In this document: positions 35,201-47,768 of the stretch, piece after piece
Position numbering within the stretch: position 1 is the stretch's first letter
Layout: each line of letters begins with the position of its first letter
NCBI RefSeq assembly: GCF_036971445.1
Contig: NC_091475.1
Span: 196,788,001 to 196,852,000 of the forward strand
Reading direction: 5' to 3'
Origin: Narcine bancroftii
Lineage: Eukaryota
Length of the DNA stretch: 64,000 bases
Position numbers and translations under genes: made by a program
Notes under the pieces: generated by a model
Seen by the model: the letters and a program-made list of their open reading frames with translations, nothing else
Told to the model about the DNA's origin: nothing
The model's database searches: none

Positions 35201-38200
35201 TGTAGTGATAGAGTGCTAGTGATCCTCCTGACCACTAGGGGAGGCAGAGACTAGTTTGTTGCAGATTGGAGATTCTAGATCAGTGCCTTGACACACATGA
35301 GGTCTTGTGTAATAAAGAATAGTTGTTTTAAAATAACCCGTTTCCTTATTACAATAAAAAGAAAGATTGCATGGTACCAGGAGTGTGCAGAGTAAAAACC
35401 AGTTGATTACAGCAGCGAAGTGTGAAGACTCCTGATATTATAAATTGGACTGGATATGTCAACCACAAGTGGAAGGTGTTCAAACAAAGATTCATACTGT
35501 GCCTGCAAGCAATTGGACTCGATAGCAAACCAGAAGCACGGAAGATTGCCCTGCTTCTTACCATGGTGGGACCTCAAGCACTAGGCATTTTCAATATATT
35601 TGTTTTTGCTGAGGCAGCTGACCAGGGCAAATTCAACGAGGTCATCGAGATAAAGAAAAGTGTAACTTTCGAGAGGTAAATGTTTCATTTCGCTCATGCA
35701 GCTGCAGGGAGAGAGCTTTGAACTTACTTTAATTTTAAAGCAAGAACCACCAATTTTGGATTGCTGCAAAATACAATGATCCGTGATCAAATTGTGTTCA
35801 GGATTATTAATAAGAAAGTGAGGGAGAGGTTGCTGTGAGGTCAGAGCTTCCCTTGGCTGGAGCTGTGAAGATATGTCACATCAGTGAATTAGCTCTCCAG
35901 CAAAAGTTCAGTGAGAGTTCAAAAGCCAGTGAAAATGAAAGCATAGCCATAGCCATAGTGTATGTGTACACAAACACACAAAACTGAGACATAGGAAACA
36001 GCAAAAAGGAGAGACATTAGATTGTAAATAATCTGCCACTAAACCTGTACCGAAACAGCTTATGAAAACATCTGTAATAAGTGCAAAGGGCAAAATCACT
36101 ACGCAATGCAGTTTTTCCAAAGGGAAACAAAACCGAAGTAAAAATGTGCACACTATGGAAGACAGTGAACACACTAGAGAAGAAATTACTCTCCGGGGGC
36201 ATGGTAGTGCAGAAAGACAATAAACCATCAGACATTGAGTAGCCAAGCATGATCAAAGTCGACCAGAATATGTGGATTGTGAAATGAAACAAATATTCCT
36301 TTCAAGCTTGACTCAGGGGCAAAGGTCAATTTGATCTGTGAGCGTGACATCAGGGCAGTAAAGATAAAGCCATACATCCATGCAAATCCTGTACAGCTCA
36401 AAGCCGACAATGGACAGAGCATTGGCGCAAAATGTTTGGCCGATTCTCCTATCTGAGGATGTCTTTTGTAATTTCCTCAGCTCTGGAAGTGTTCCAGAGG
36501 ACAATGGAGCACATCATCGTAGGCAGAAATGAGGTACGTGTGTGCATGGATAACAAAAACCTTTGGGGATTCACACAGGAACAACACAATGAGAGCTGGT
36601 CAAAGAGCTACAATGAATGGATTCAAGATAAATAGAGAAAAATGTCAGTTTGGTGTGAAGGAAATCACCTTTCTGGGAGAAAAACTGTCATAGGCAGGTG
36701 TGGAGCCAAATTACAGTAAGGTGAAAGTAATTTTAGAGATATCCAGATCCACTGATGAAAAAGGCATATTGAGAGTGCTGGGAATGATCTATTTCATTGG
36801 TAAATTCATACCAAACCTGTCTCCCAAAACAATGTTCCTAAGGACGTTGTTCCAGGACAAATGTGAAATCAAGTGAACAGACAACCATGCGGAAGAATGG
36901 GGACGACTGAAGACCATTCTAACTACAGAACCAGTGCTTTTGGCATTCTTTGACACATCCAGAAGGACAAAACTATCTATGGTTGCTTCAAAAGCTGGAA
37001 TAGGTGCCGTACTACTTCAGGCTATAGGAGAAGTTTGGAGACCAGTGGCATATGCACCAAGGTCTATGACAACATCTGAATGTCAATGTGAACAGATCAA
37101 GAAAGAGTATCTAGGCCTGGTCTATGGACTTGAGAAATGCCACAGTTATGTGTCTGGTCTACCAATATTCATGGCAGACAGACCACAATCCATTAATAAT
37201 GCTAATCAAGAAAAATCTCAGTGAAATGTCACCAAGAATCCAAAGACTGATGATGAAGCTACAACATTATGACTTTGAATTGGTGTACACTCCATGGAAA
37301 CTTATTGTATCAGCTGATGCGTTATCCAGGGCCACGACACAATGAGAGTTCCACAGAGACAGATGTGAATCTCCACGTAAACCTGATCACTGAATCTCTT
37401 CTGTATCTGGCATGAAATCCAAGCAGGTCATAGCTGGAACAGAAAAGGACACAGTTCTACAGAAGGTCATCAAGAATCTGAATGAAGGATGGCCAAGAGG
37501 TAAATATCAGCCATACTACAGCATCAGAGCTGAGCTGAGTGTTGTCAATGGTCTTCCACTCAGACAGAGCAGAATTATCATCCCTCAACCACTGTGATAC
37601 GAGATGCTGAAAAAGGTGCATGTGGGGAACTTTGCTATTTATTGACCAGGGATAAATGCTGACAGGATGGTTTCCAGCTGTGAGTCCTGTTTGAAACATC
37701 ACACAAAGCAGACAAAGGAAACCATAATAGTAATTGATGTCCAAACAGGGCCATGGCAGAAAGTTGGGACTGATCTGTTCCACATGGATGGAAATAATTA
37801 CTTGCTGGTTATTGATTATCTATCAAACTATTCCTGAGATGGCGCTGCTTATCTGCTCAAATATATGAAATCAGTCTTTGCAGGACATGGAATTCCTCAA
37901 ATTGCGTACAGTGACAATGGATCCTGCTACAGCTGTATAGAATTCCAGAACTTTACAGAAGAGTAAAGTACACATGATTCTTGACATGTGGCTTCAAGTC
38001 CTCTGCATCCACAGTCAAACGGTAAAGCAGAGAAAGGAGTTCACACAGTTAAACAGTTGCTCTAGAAAGCACTAGACAGTGACACAGATCTGTATTTAGC
38101 TCTATTGAGTTACAGAGCTTCGCCACTTAAACATGGCATGTCACCTGCTGAGCTTCTGATAGGACATAGACTATGGACCACACTTCCCTACTCTGCAGAC

Positions 38201-38833
38201 CTAAACAAAAAACAGAGGCGTCAAAGATGTCAAACGGAAACAAAAGCATCTGCAATGGAGACAAAAACTATGACAAGTCAGCGAGAAGCTTAGGGCCATT
38301 GGCACAACATGACACAGTGAGACTCAAAACACTTGGGACAAAAGGGCTAATATTCAATAGGAAGTAAATCCAAGCTCCTTCACTGTCAGAACAGAGGATG
38401 GTCAAATACTGAGAAGGAATCAAAAGAGTCTGCTGATAACACAAGAAACACTGCAGGAACAGACCAATGCAGACGATCCAGTCTGCATAGCCACAGAAGA
38501 AATATCACCAGTGCTAAACAGTAGTGGACCAGCAGAGCCAATAAAAGCACCTGTGTTAAGAAGATCCACACATGTTATCAAAACACCTGACAGGCTGAAT
38601 TTCAAAAAAGAAAATGAACTGCACTCTAAAAGATTTGTGCTGAACTTTAAAATGAAATGAATACTATATTAGTGTGTCATGTTGTTATACTAAACATCTC
38701 AAGGAAAGGGGATGTACTGGTAGAGTGCTAGTAATCCTCCTGACCCCTGGAAGTCTTGTGTGCTTTAGCTAATCAAGAATGGTTGTTTTAAAAGAACCCA
38801 AGTTTCTTTATCATAATATAAAGAAAGATCACA
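35201..38833 (+). mobile_element. Degenerate Gypsy (Mag/K02A2.6-like) LTR retrotransposon with both LTRs (35201-35371 and 38713-38833)
   Basis: TG..CA LTRs; gag NWTGYVNHKWKVFKQRF...KIALLLTMVGPQAL; protease FKLDSGAKVNLI (36301); partial RT FGRFSYLRMSF..SSALEVFQRTM; RNase H ASKAGIGAVLLQ...PVAYA...TDHNPL; integrase PWQKVGTDLF and SPLHPQSNGKAE; PPT aaggaaagggga at 38701-38712. Many stops; the first half of RT is deleted. Confidence 0.9.
35372..35385 (+). promoter_or_regulatory. Primer-binding site of the Gypsy element, complementary to tRNA-Leu(TAA)
   Basis: tggtaccaggagtg lies immediately after the 5' LTR. It is the reverse complement of the vertebrate tRNA-Leu(TAA) 3' end ...CACUCCUGGUACCA (recalled sequence, not looked up). 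Confidence 0.7.
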
Positions 38834-39444
38834 CTGCACTCCAACAGCAGCATTCTGTGTAGATGTTCTTGATAGTGTGGAAGGTTTTGCCTGAGATGTC
38901 CTGAGCTGTGTCCATTACCTTTTGGATGGCTTTACGCTCAGGGGTATTGGTGTTCCCTTACCAGACCATGATTCAGCCAGTCAGCACACTTTCCACCACA
39001 CATCTGTAGAAATTTGCCAGGGTTTCTGATGCCGTACTTCCTCCGCAAACGCCTGAGGAAGTAGAGGCGCTGATGTGCTTTCTTTGTGATGCCATTGGTG
39101 TGTTGGTCCAGGAAAGATCCTCCAAGATAGTCACTCCCAAGAACTCAAATTTGTTTTATCCTCTCCACATCTTCTTTCACGCCTTCTTTCATAATACTGC
39201 CAACAAGAGTCAGCAAAAGCAAGAGATGCACTGGTTCTGATGGACCTAAAATATTTATAATGCAAAATTATCCCACTTTGTCGCATGGATGTCTTTCACC
39301 TCTACGTTAAAACAAATAGAACAGTCTTGACAAAAAAAAAGCCAGGTACTACTTATTGAAGCCCAACTTCTTAATTGAAAAAGATAAAGGGTTTTATTAT
39401 TTTACTTTTGTTTCCACTGACTTCTGATTGTTCTTGCATAAGGA

Positions 39445-39710
39445 TTTGGAGTAGGAATAAATCATTTGCTCTTTCAAGCTTGCTCTGTTATTCACCACGA
39501 TTAACTGATCTTCTGCCTCAGTTCCATCTTGCATGCCTCTTGATTCCTTTGCTATGTAGAAATCTATCAATCTCATTTCTGAAAGACTGAGCCGTGAGAA
39601 ATCTCCAGAGGAAGACATTCCAAAGATTTGCTGCATGAAGACATTTCCTCTCATTTCAGTTCTCAATGGCCTACCCCTTGCACTATGCTTTGATCTCTGC
39701 AAGGTCATTG
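39445..39710 (-). mobile_element. Degraded CR1 3' fragment
   Basis: Minus strand reads RGRPLRTEMRGNVFMQ, the CR1 ORF2 C-terminal motif. Confidence 0.55.
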
Positions 39711-41219
39711 TGGATCGAAAACTGGTCCTAATTCTAATAACTTCCTGGAAATTCTTCCTGAAAGGGAAACATCACCTCTAGCTATCTGCTTAACCTTTGT
39801 AAGAATTCTGTATGATCATACAGTCTCAAATATATCTCGTATTGGCCACTTCAGACAAAAAAAAAGCATGGTTAAGAGAGAATAGAGTGATGGTAATCTC
39901 ATTTCTCCTTCCTCCAATGAATGGGTTGTCATATTATCATTAAAATCAAATTAAGGATGAATAATACCATGTATTGATAGGATTAAGGATTAATAGTATT
40001 AAGGACAACTATTTTATGAAAAAAATGACTCCAGTAAATACTGTTCAGCTCCCACAATCAGCCTTTGATCCCAATGACATTAGCATCACTTTGCAAATCA
40101 AAAGTCGACAGTTAGTTTTTCCTCTTCCTGAATGGTCAATAGGTTAAATTAAAATCCCATTGGCAATTTGTGAAAATTAATTTGGGAGTTTTTAAAATAA
40201 TTTGGAAATAGAAAGCAGATTATACAGATAGTGGATTATCAGCCCATTCACAAATAGGTTCAGGAAGAAGGCATCTGCCTCCTTGCGCTGACTGGTCTAA
40301 CAGAATTCAATGAAGTACTCACAAAGTAATTATAAACTGCACTCTGAAGTGCTCTTTGTAATCAACTTTTTCCACTAAAATATTCATTATCAGCTCCAGT
40401 GGCAGGGTCATATTCCTAACTGGACCATTTCAGATTGCAATTCAAATTCCAGGTCAGAGTGGCCAATTCCCTTCCATGGATAATACTGAGAACCAGACGG
40501 TCTTTTACAACAAACTTGTAATGATGTGAACAAATGTCATTAGATTTTTATTCCCAATTACTTAAATTTAAATTCTAGGTTTTCAAAGTAGTACAGTATT
40601 AAAAATGGTCAACTTGTGTACCTGTTATTAAATGTCTAAGTCCAACACACATGCATGCATTTGTTCCTGTAAACAGCAAAGCAGGTTTCTTCTCTCTCCA
40701 CTTTTACTACATGTTCTTCCTTATTGGTCATATGTGCTTTTAATGTCATCATTACCACACACTATGGGGGAATGTCAAATTACTTTTGTATAGTTTCTGA
40801 CCCATGGAAAAAAATCATCTCATAGGCCTGTAAAATCAGAGCCCACGTAACACAGGAATGGCCTGTAATTGAACTTTGTAATCTTGGATTATTAATCTGG
40901 ATTATTGCATGCTGGTCCAGTGGTTTAACCACACCACAAACTGACATCAAACTGGATCTGCCAAGAAAACTTATGATTGGTGGAGGATTTAAAATGCATT
41001 AATGTAGACAAAATCTCCTGGATCTGAATCAAGTGTATCCGAGGATGTTATGGAGCCCTGGCAGAGATAGTTGTGTAATTGTTTAGCATGGGCAAGGTGT
41101 CGGAAGACAGGAGAATGGATAGTGTTGAGCCTTTATTTCTGAAAAGAATGTAAGGTTGAGCCAGGGAAATATCGATGGGTGAGTTGAACATCAGTAATGG
41201 ATAAGTTGCTGGAGGGGTT

Positions 41220-41555
41220 AGAACCGTAGAACTGCATAACACTACAGCACAGAAAGAGGCCCTCTATGCTAAACTATTATTCTGACCTGCACCCAGATCA
41301 TATCCCTCCATACCTCCATGTACCTGTCCAAATTTTTCTTCAATGTCAAAATTGAACCTGGATTTACCAATTCAGCTGGTAGCATGTTCCACACTCCCAT
41401 CACTCTCTGCTTTGAGAAGATTCCCCTAATGTTCCCTTTAAAGTTTTCCCCTTTCACTCTTAACTCATGTCCTATAGTTTAATCTCTCCTAACCTCAGTG
41501 GAAAAACCCTGCTTGCATTTACTCTATCTATACGCCTCATAATGTTGTATTGTTC
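41220..41555 (-). mobile_element. CR1 3' fragment
   Basis: ORF 41269-41457 KGENFKGNIRGIFSKQRVMGVWNMLPAELV; homologous to 54990-55320. Confidence 0.75.
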
Positions 41556-41769
41556 TGATAGTTAGGTTCCACTTCCATTTGGAAATGCAAAGACTGACTA
41601 AGGGATAGTCAGCGTGGCTTTGTGCATGGAAATCTTATGTAGAATATGATTTCTTTTAAAGAGGAAACCAAGAGATTTATTGAGGGCAGGGCAGTAGATG
41701 TTGTCTGCATGGACAACATCTTTTGACAAGGTCCAGCACAGTAGGCTGTTCTGAAAGGGCATATTTCAT

Positions 41770-42465
41770 GGAAACTACCAAGGAGGTGATTATGGACTTC
41801 GGGAGGAAGTCAGGGGAACACACCCCAGTCCTCATCGAGGGCTCAATAGAGGAGAGGGTCAAGAACTTCAAGTTCCTGGGTGTCAACATCTCCGAAGATC
41901 TGTTCTGGGGCCTCCATATTGATGCAATCTCATAGAAGGCTCACCAGTAGCTATACTTTGTGAGGTGTCTGAGGAGATTCAGTATGTCACTGAAAACTTC
42001 TGCAGATGTACTGTGAAGAGCATTCTGGCTGGTTACATCACTGCCTCAACTCTCAGGACAAGAGAAATCTCCAGAGGCTTGTTAATCCACCTGTGACATC
42101 ACAGGTGCCAGACGTTAGTCCATCAAGGACATCTACATGAGGCAGAGTCGTAAAAAAAGCAGCCTCTATCCTCAATGACCCCTACCACCCAGGCCATGCC
42201 CTCTTGACTCTGCTACCATCGAGGAAAGGGTAAAAGAGCCTAAAGACGAGCACTCAGCGACACAAGGAGAGCTTCTTCCCCACTGCCATCAGATTCCCGA
42301 ATAATCAATGAACCAAAGACACTGCCTTACTTTTCGTCCACTGTTATTATTATTTTTTTATATAGTAATGTCATAAAATGGTTATAATATGAATGTTTAC
42401 TCTATGACGCGACTGCAAAACAATGAATTTCATGGCTTCTTCAACACAATAAATTCTGATTCTGA
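41770..42465 (+). mobile_element. Rex1/Babar-type LINE 3' portion
   Basis: TKEVIMDFGRKSGEHTPVLIEGSIEERVKNFKFLGVNISEDL..., HPGHALLTLLPS..., SFFPTAIR, and tail aataaattctgattctga. Confidence 0.85.
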
Positions 42466-43066
42466 GCTGCTCTGTTGGAGGTTGCAGGCACATGGTGATA
42501 GTGGAGGGTTATTACCCAAATTGGAGGTCTGTGACCAGTGGTGCGCGGTGGGGATTGGTGCTGGCCACACTCATGGTTGTCAGCTATATTGACAAATTAG
42601 AGGACAGAATAGTAAGCAAGTCTACAGATGACACCGAAATTAATGGTACAGTGAAGAAGGTTACTGAAACATGCAAATGAACTGAGAAAGTAGGTTGAGG
42701 AATAGCAGATGGGATTTAACTCAGACAAGTGTTGCACTTTGGTAGGTTAAAGCACCATAAGATTTGCAAGGTGATGGGGAGTAGGAGAGATTAAGGGGTA
42801 CCATGAAAGAGTTGATGCAGGTAGACAGGATGGTGAGAAACTTGTGTTTGGCGTGATTCTTCTCATTTCTCAAGTACAGGACTACAGTGAGACTGCACTT
42901 GAAGTACTTGAGCAGTTTTGGTCACCCAGCAATAGAAAATATATTATTATTCTGGAAAAGAAGCAGGAAAGATTTGCAAAAATGGGACTGATTTGAAAAT
43001 ATAAGTAAAGGCTGAGCAGTCTGGTACTTTTTGAGTATGGGGAGGCGAAAGAAGGATCTTATAGAT

Positions 43067-43285
43067 CAGCCATTCTCAACCTTTCCTTGGTTATGACCCA
43101 CTTAGGACTTCGCTCAAAGTTTATGGGCTGCCTCCCCACGATGCAGTGTTCCCGTACTTCTCTCTGACCAGCTACATAAAGAACATAAAATAATTTAGGA
43201 TTTCAGTCCTTATATGTGCTTTGGCCTTCGGTGGGATCGGGGGGGGGGGGGGGGGGTTGCAGACAGCCCCCGTTGAGAATGGCTG
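43067..43285. mobile_element. hAT-Charlie-like MITE
   Basis: Perfect 14-bp TIR cagccattctcaac / gttgagaatggctg; 8-bp TSD ttatagat / ttatagac. Confidence 0.9.
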
Positions 43286-45639
43286 TTATAGACGTTTATA
43301 AAATCATGAGGGGACAGAGATAAACTGGACACAGTCTTTTTCCCAGATTAGGTGAATCTAAAACAAAAAGCCATGGGTTTAAAGCAAGAGGGAAATGATT
43401 TAAAAGGCGGTATCTTGTTTCACACAGTGGGTGGTGAATATATGGAATGAGCTGCCAGAGAAAGTGGCATCTGTAACATTCAAAAGACATTTAGACAGGT
43501 ACACAGATCAGAACGATTTTGAGGGATAAGGGCTAGATGGAGGGACATGGAACTGCTTTGGTCAGCATGGACAAGTTAGGCTGCTTCTATACTGCATAGC
43601 TGTACGACTCTCGAAACAGAAATTAGAAGGGGGTTTGAAAATGATACAGTTCCCTTCATCAGTGTTTTGTGTCACACATAATAGAGAAAGGCTGTGGATA
43701 ATACAGTTCAGGCAACAATAAGGAATAGAGAAACTAAGCATGACAGGCACTTATGTGAATAATCAACTCAGACAAACTGCTTATTATCATTCCGTTGTGT
43801 ATTCAAACCTATTTATTATCTAAGAATACTGAAGCACTCATCTCCACTCGATTCAGTTAAGATGGAGTTTTCCTGTTTGCATGGGGATGTTGTGATGAGA
43901 GCCGCTTTTAATCCAGTCATGCTCATTTGTTCTTGTGTAAGTCGTGCAATGTGCAAGAACAGAAACCAAAAGTATGTAATCTTCACAGTTAGACACGACT
44001 CCTCAAAGGCCAAATATTCCATGTTAGTACAACCCAAATATCAGACCTTTACTCTGTTACAGAGCAAATTTATAATAAAATACAAATAAAAACATCCAAG
44101 CAACTTCAAATAAGCATTATTGAAACTAGACACTGTTCAGGTAGCATTGCTGGAAAGATAAAGCTTATGGGTGTCTTTAAAGAGGAATAAGTGATCAAGG
44201 GGATGGGGAGTTTAGTGAGAGAATTCCAGTGCTCAGGGCCAAGCCGACTGAATGTTTGACCAAGAATGATGGTGTGATTAAATTTGGGGATATGAAAGAG
44301 GACAGGATTAGAAAGATTTGAGAAACCTGCAGGCCTGGGGGAAAATGCTAAATTAGTAAAGAGATGTAGCCAAAGGAGGATTTGATGCGAATTTTACACA
44401 AAATGCCATGGTGGGTCAGAGAGCACAGGATGGTCGAGTGAATGGAATTTGTTACAATTTTTTAAATGAGTAAACCTCTGTTTTTCCCTTCCTGAAACCA
44501 ATGATCATAAATGAGGGTCCAAGATAGAAGCCTTGCTTGAAGATAATAAGACAAGGCATGTCTTGAGGTAACAAGAAGCTGGATTGATTGAGAAGCCGAG
44601 TCAAGGATTGATGCAGGTGATGCCACAGAGGTGAACATAGTCTGTTGGCAATGGAGATGTACAGACATGAGCTTAGCTTGCAGTCAAATAGGACCTCGTG
44701 GTTGCTAATGGACTGACTCAGCTTTCTTTGGAGACATCTGCAATTGTGACGCAAACCGATCTACTAGCTATGATGTGTGTTGTCTTGTGACATCTGTGTT
44801 GTTTTGAAGTAGCAGAGAAGGCACTCTGTCAGATCATGGTTAAGATTACAAAATAGATTTGTTCCAAGCAGCAGGCAATCTTGCTCTCAAATCCATCAAA
44901 TGTGCACAGAATCTTCCTGATCTATCTCCAGTCTGCCACTTTGTCCTCTCTCTCTCTCTCTCTCCCTCACCTTATACAGTTCCCTTCTGAATAAAATGCC
45001 GATCCTGCTTCCAAAGTGGTTGATAGCAATGAATTCTTCAGTTCTGTTCAAATCACCTTTATGCAACTTTGAACATGCTCTGTGATTATCTTAAATCTTT
45101 GCACTAACAGCCATGGGCATGTGTTTCAAAAAACTGACACCATTCCTTGCACTGGATTTCTCTTAGAGCAGTGGATTCATGGTAGTAGGGAACAAAGTTT
45201 CCCAAATTTATTGAAGGAAATATCAATGACTTCCTTTTGTTCTCATCAGTCATAGCAATATAGCAACATTTCTTGGGTCTAAATGCCATTGGAGCAGCAG
45301 AAGTTCTGGTGTGAAAGATAGAATCATGTGCTTTCCATGATCTCACTAGTACACCCAAAATGCAGCCATTGGAATACTTTTGAAGTAGGGGAGGCCCAAC
45401 AACCTATGTGCACATGGCAAGGACCCAGAAACATCAAAGAAGTAATGTTCAGTCATCTTGTTCCAGTAACGCCTGGTGTTCGAGGGGTGTATATAGTCAA
45501 AACATTGGAAAAAAATACCTTGCTCTTCTTTAAACTCTGTGGATTTTATTGACTTAGCTAAAAGAAGAGAAGAGGACCTGATTTCAAATCTCATCCAGAT
45601 AAAGTGCATCTGTGATGGGGTAATACTGCCTCAGTCAAC

Positions 45640-46795
45640 CTGCACTCAAGAGAAGAAGCTTGGCCCCTTCACAATCCAAAATATGTCGGCTGATATTTTG
45701 CCCACTATTTTCCTTCACTAACGTCATATCCTTTGACTCCATTACATCCGAAATCTATCCACATCTGTCTCAAATGTACAGCAGCTGAGTTCACCTTCCT
45801 CTTGGGTGGAGGATTCCAGAGTTTCACTGCAGTCTGTCTACTGATACCTTGATTATTTTGAGACCCGTGCCCCTGGTTCTAAGTAGACCACCCAGAGCAA
45901 TACCTTCCTCACAACTGCCCTGTTAAGACCCATTAAAAAATTGGGTCTGTTTTGAAAAGATCACATCCAACTCTGCTAAACTCGAGAAGTTATAGGTTTT
46001 TTAATCTCACGTCATAGGACATGTCAGGAAAATTTGGAGGTACTTTGTTGCCCACTGTCGTTTGCAAGTATATCCTTCATTAGGTAGGGTGACCACATCT
46101 GTGCACAATATTCCAGGTGCAGTTCCCCTTTAGATAATTGCAAAATGAGGATTTTCTTCTTGTACTCAAATCTTACTGCAAATAAGATCACTAAACCATT
46201 TGCTTATCTAATTCCTATGCATGTTCTCAGTGATTCTGGTGCAGGATGCACTGGTCTTTCTCACAAGCAACTCTCTTCAATCTCCCACTGTTTAAGAGTG
46301 TCATGTTTAGCATGATGGTTAGCGCAGCGCTTTGACAGCGCCAGTGACCCGGCTTCGAGTCCAGTGCTGTCTGTAAGAGGTTTGTACGTTCTCCCTGTGA
46401 CCTCCGTGGATTTTCCCCGGATGTTCCAGTTTCCTACCACCCTCCAAAATAGACAGGGCTGCAGGTTAATTGGGCAGCGCAGATTTCAATGACCGGTATC
46501 GGCTTCAACTGTGTTATAAATATACTTTTTTTTTAAATAGCCTGCCTTTCTACATTCTCTGTCAGAGTGAACAACCTCGTTTTCCTGCGCGGCATTTCAT
46601 CTGGGCACATCCTCATCCATTTAATGAGACCAACAAAGGCCCACATCACCATCAGTGTTGGAAATTTCACTGCATCCTCCTCACAGCTCACACCTAGCTT
46701 TGTATCCGCAAACCTGGATATATTACACATGGACTCTTCATCTAAATCATTTGTAAAGACTGTGAAGAGCAAGGGGAGCCAGAAATAAAATCTCT
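45640..46795 (-). mobile_element. Degraded CR1 RT/3' fragment interrupted by a SINE at ~46305-46530 (+)
   Basis: ORF 46533-46772 LFTVFTNDLDEESMCNISRFADTKLG (RT ADD region). The SINE has ggcttcgagtcc and a V core. Confidence 0.65.
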
Positions 46796-47000
46796 GAGAT
46801 TACCCACAATCCACAGGCCCTCAAATAGAAAATTATCTATTTATTTCTGTTCATATTAATCTTCAGCCGAACCTCATGTCCAAATTTTCTTTGATAACAT
46901 CTTCAGATTCATATATATTGTCAGAGTATGTACATGACAGAGTATGTACATACAACCCTGAGATTCTTTTTTTCCTGCGGGCAAGGAAGAATTACCGTTC

Positions 47001-47768
47001 AAAAGTATTCCTCAACTTATGATGGGGTTACATTCTGGCACTCCTATCATGTCGGAAAAAGGCAGTGGGATCAGTGTGGGGACTGATAGCGACCTGTTGG
47101 GAGAGCTCAGGGCAGTGGGATCAGTGTGGGGACTGATAGCGACCTGTTGGGAGAGCTCAGGGCAGTGGGATCAGTGTGGGGACTGATAGCGACCTGTTGG
47201 GAGAGCTCAGGGCAGTGGGATCAGTGTGGGGACTGATAGCGACCTGTTGGGAGAGCTCAGGGCAGTGGGATCAGTGTGGGGACTGATAGCGACCTGTTGG
47301 GAGAGCTCAGGGCAGTGGGATCAGTGTGGGGACTGATAGCGACCTGTTGGGAGAGCTCAGGGCAGTGGGATCAGTGTGGGGAGTGATAGCGGGCTGTCGG
47401 GAAAGTGCAGGGGTCAGTGAGATCAGTGTGGGGACTGATAGCGGGCTGTTGGGAGAGCTCAGGACAGTGGGATCAGTGTGGGGACTGATAGCGACCTGTT
47501 GGGAGAGCTCAGGGCAGTGGGATCAGTGTGGGGAGTGATAGCGGGCTGTCGGGAAAGTGCGGGGGTCAGTGAGATCAGTGTGGGGAGTGATAGCGGGCTG
47601 TCGGGAAAGCTTGGGGGTCAGTGGGATCAGTGTGGGGACTGATACAGGGCTGTGGGAGACATTGAACATCATACCCTAGCCTATTCAAAATTTGAAGTAC
47701 AGTATAGATTCTAGGATCGTCATTTTGAAAATTCATAAGTCAGGCCATTGTAAGTCAGGAACTATTTG
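47001..47768. mobile_element. Tigger/pogo-like MITE enclosing a minisatellite
   Basis: Left aagtattcctcaacttatg and right gtaagtcaggaactatttg-TA resemble the ends of the MITE at 10185. Confidence 0.5.
47061..47660. repeat. 50-bp minisatellite, ~12 units
   Basis: Unit ggcagtgggatcagtgtggggactgatagcgacctgttgggagagctcag: six perfect copies at 47061-47360, then variant 50-52-bp units. Confidence 0.95.

Larger units (their letters stand above)
35050..39170 (-). mobile_element. Rex1/Babar-type LINE fragment (35050-35200 plus 38834-39170) split by the Gypsy insertion
   Basis: The two flanks join to give sequence colinear with the Rex1-type copy at 47870-48360. Confidence 0.75.
40985..43610 (+). 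mobile_element. Degraded CR1 ORF2 (pieces ~40985-41220, 41590-41750, 42490-43610) interrupted by a CR1 tail, a Rex1 fragment and a MITE
   Basis: DKISWI..QVYPRMLW, DSQRGFVHG, WRSVTSG...IDKL...STDDTEING, then ORF2 end and UTR. Confidence 0.65.

Noticed and set aside
47061-47660. CRISPR-like regular repeat array
   Set aside because: The units are head-to-tail with no unique spacers, there are no cas genes, and the context is vertebrate; it is a minisatellite.
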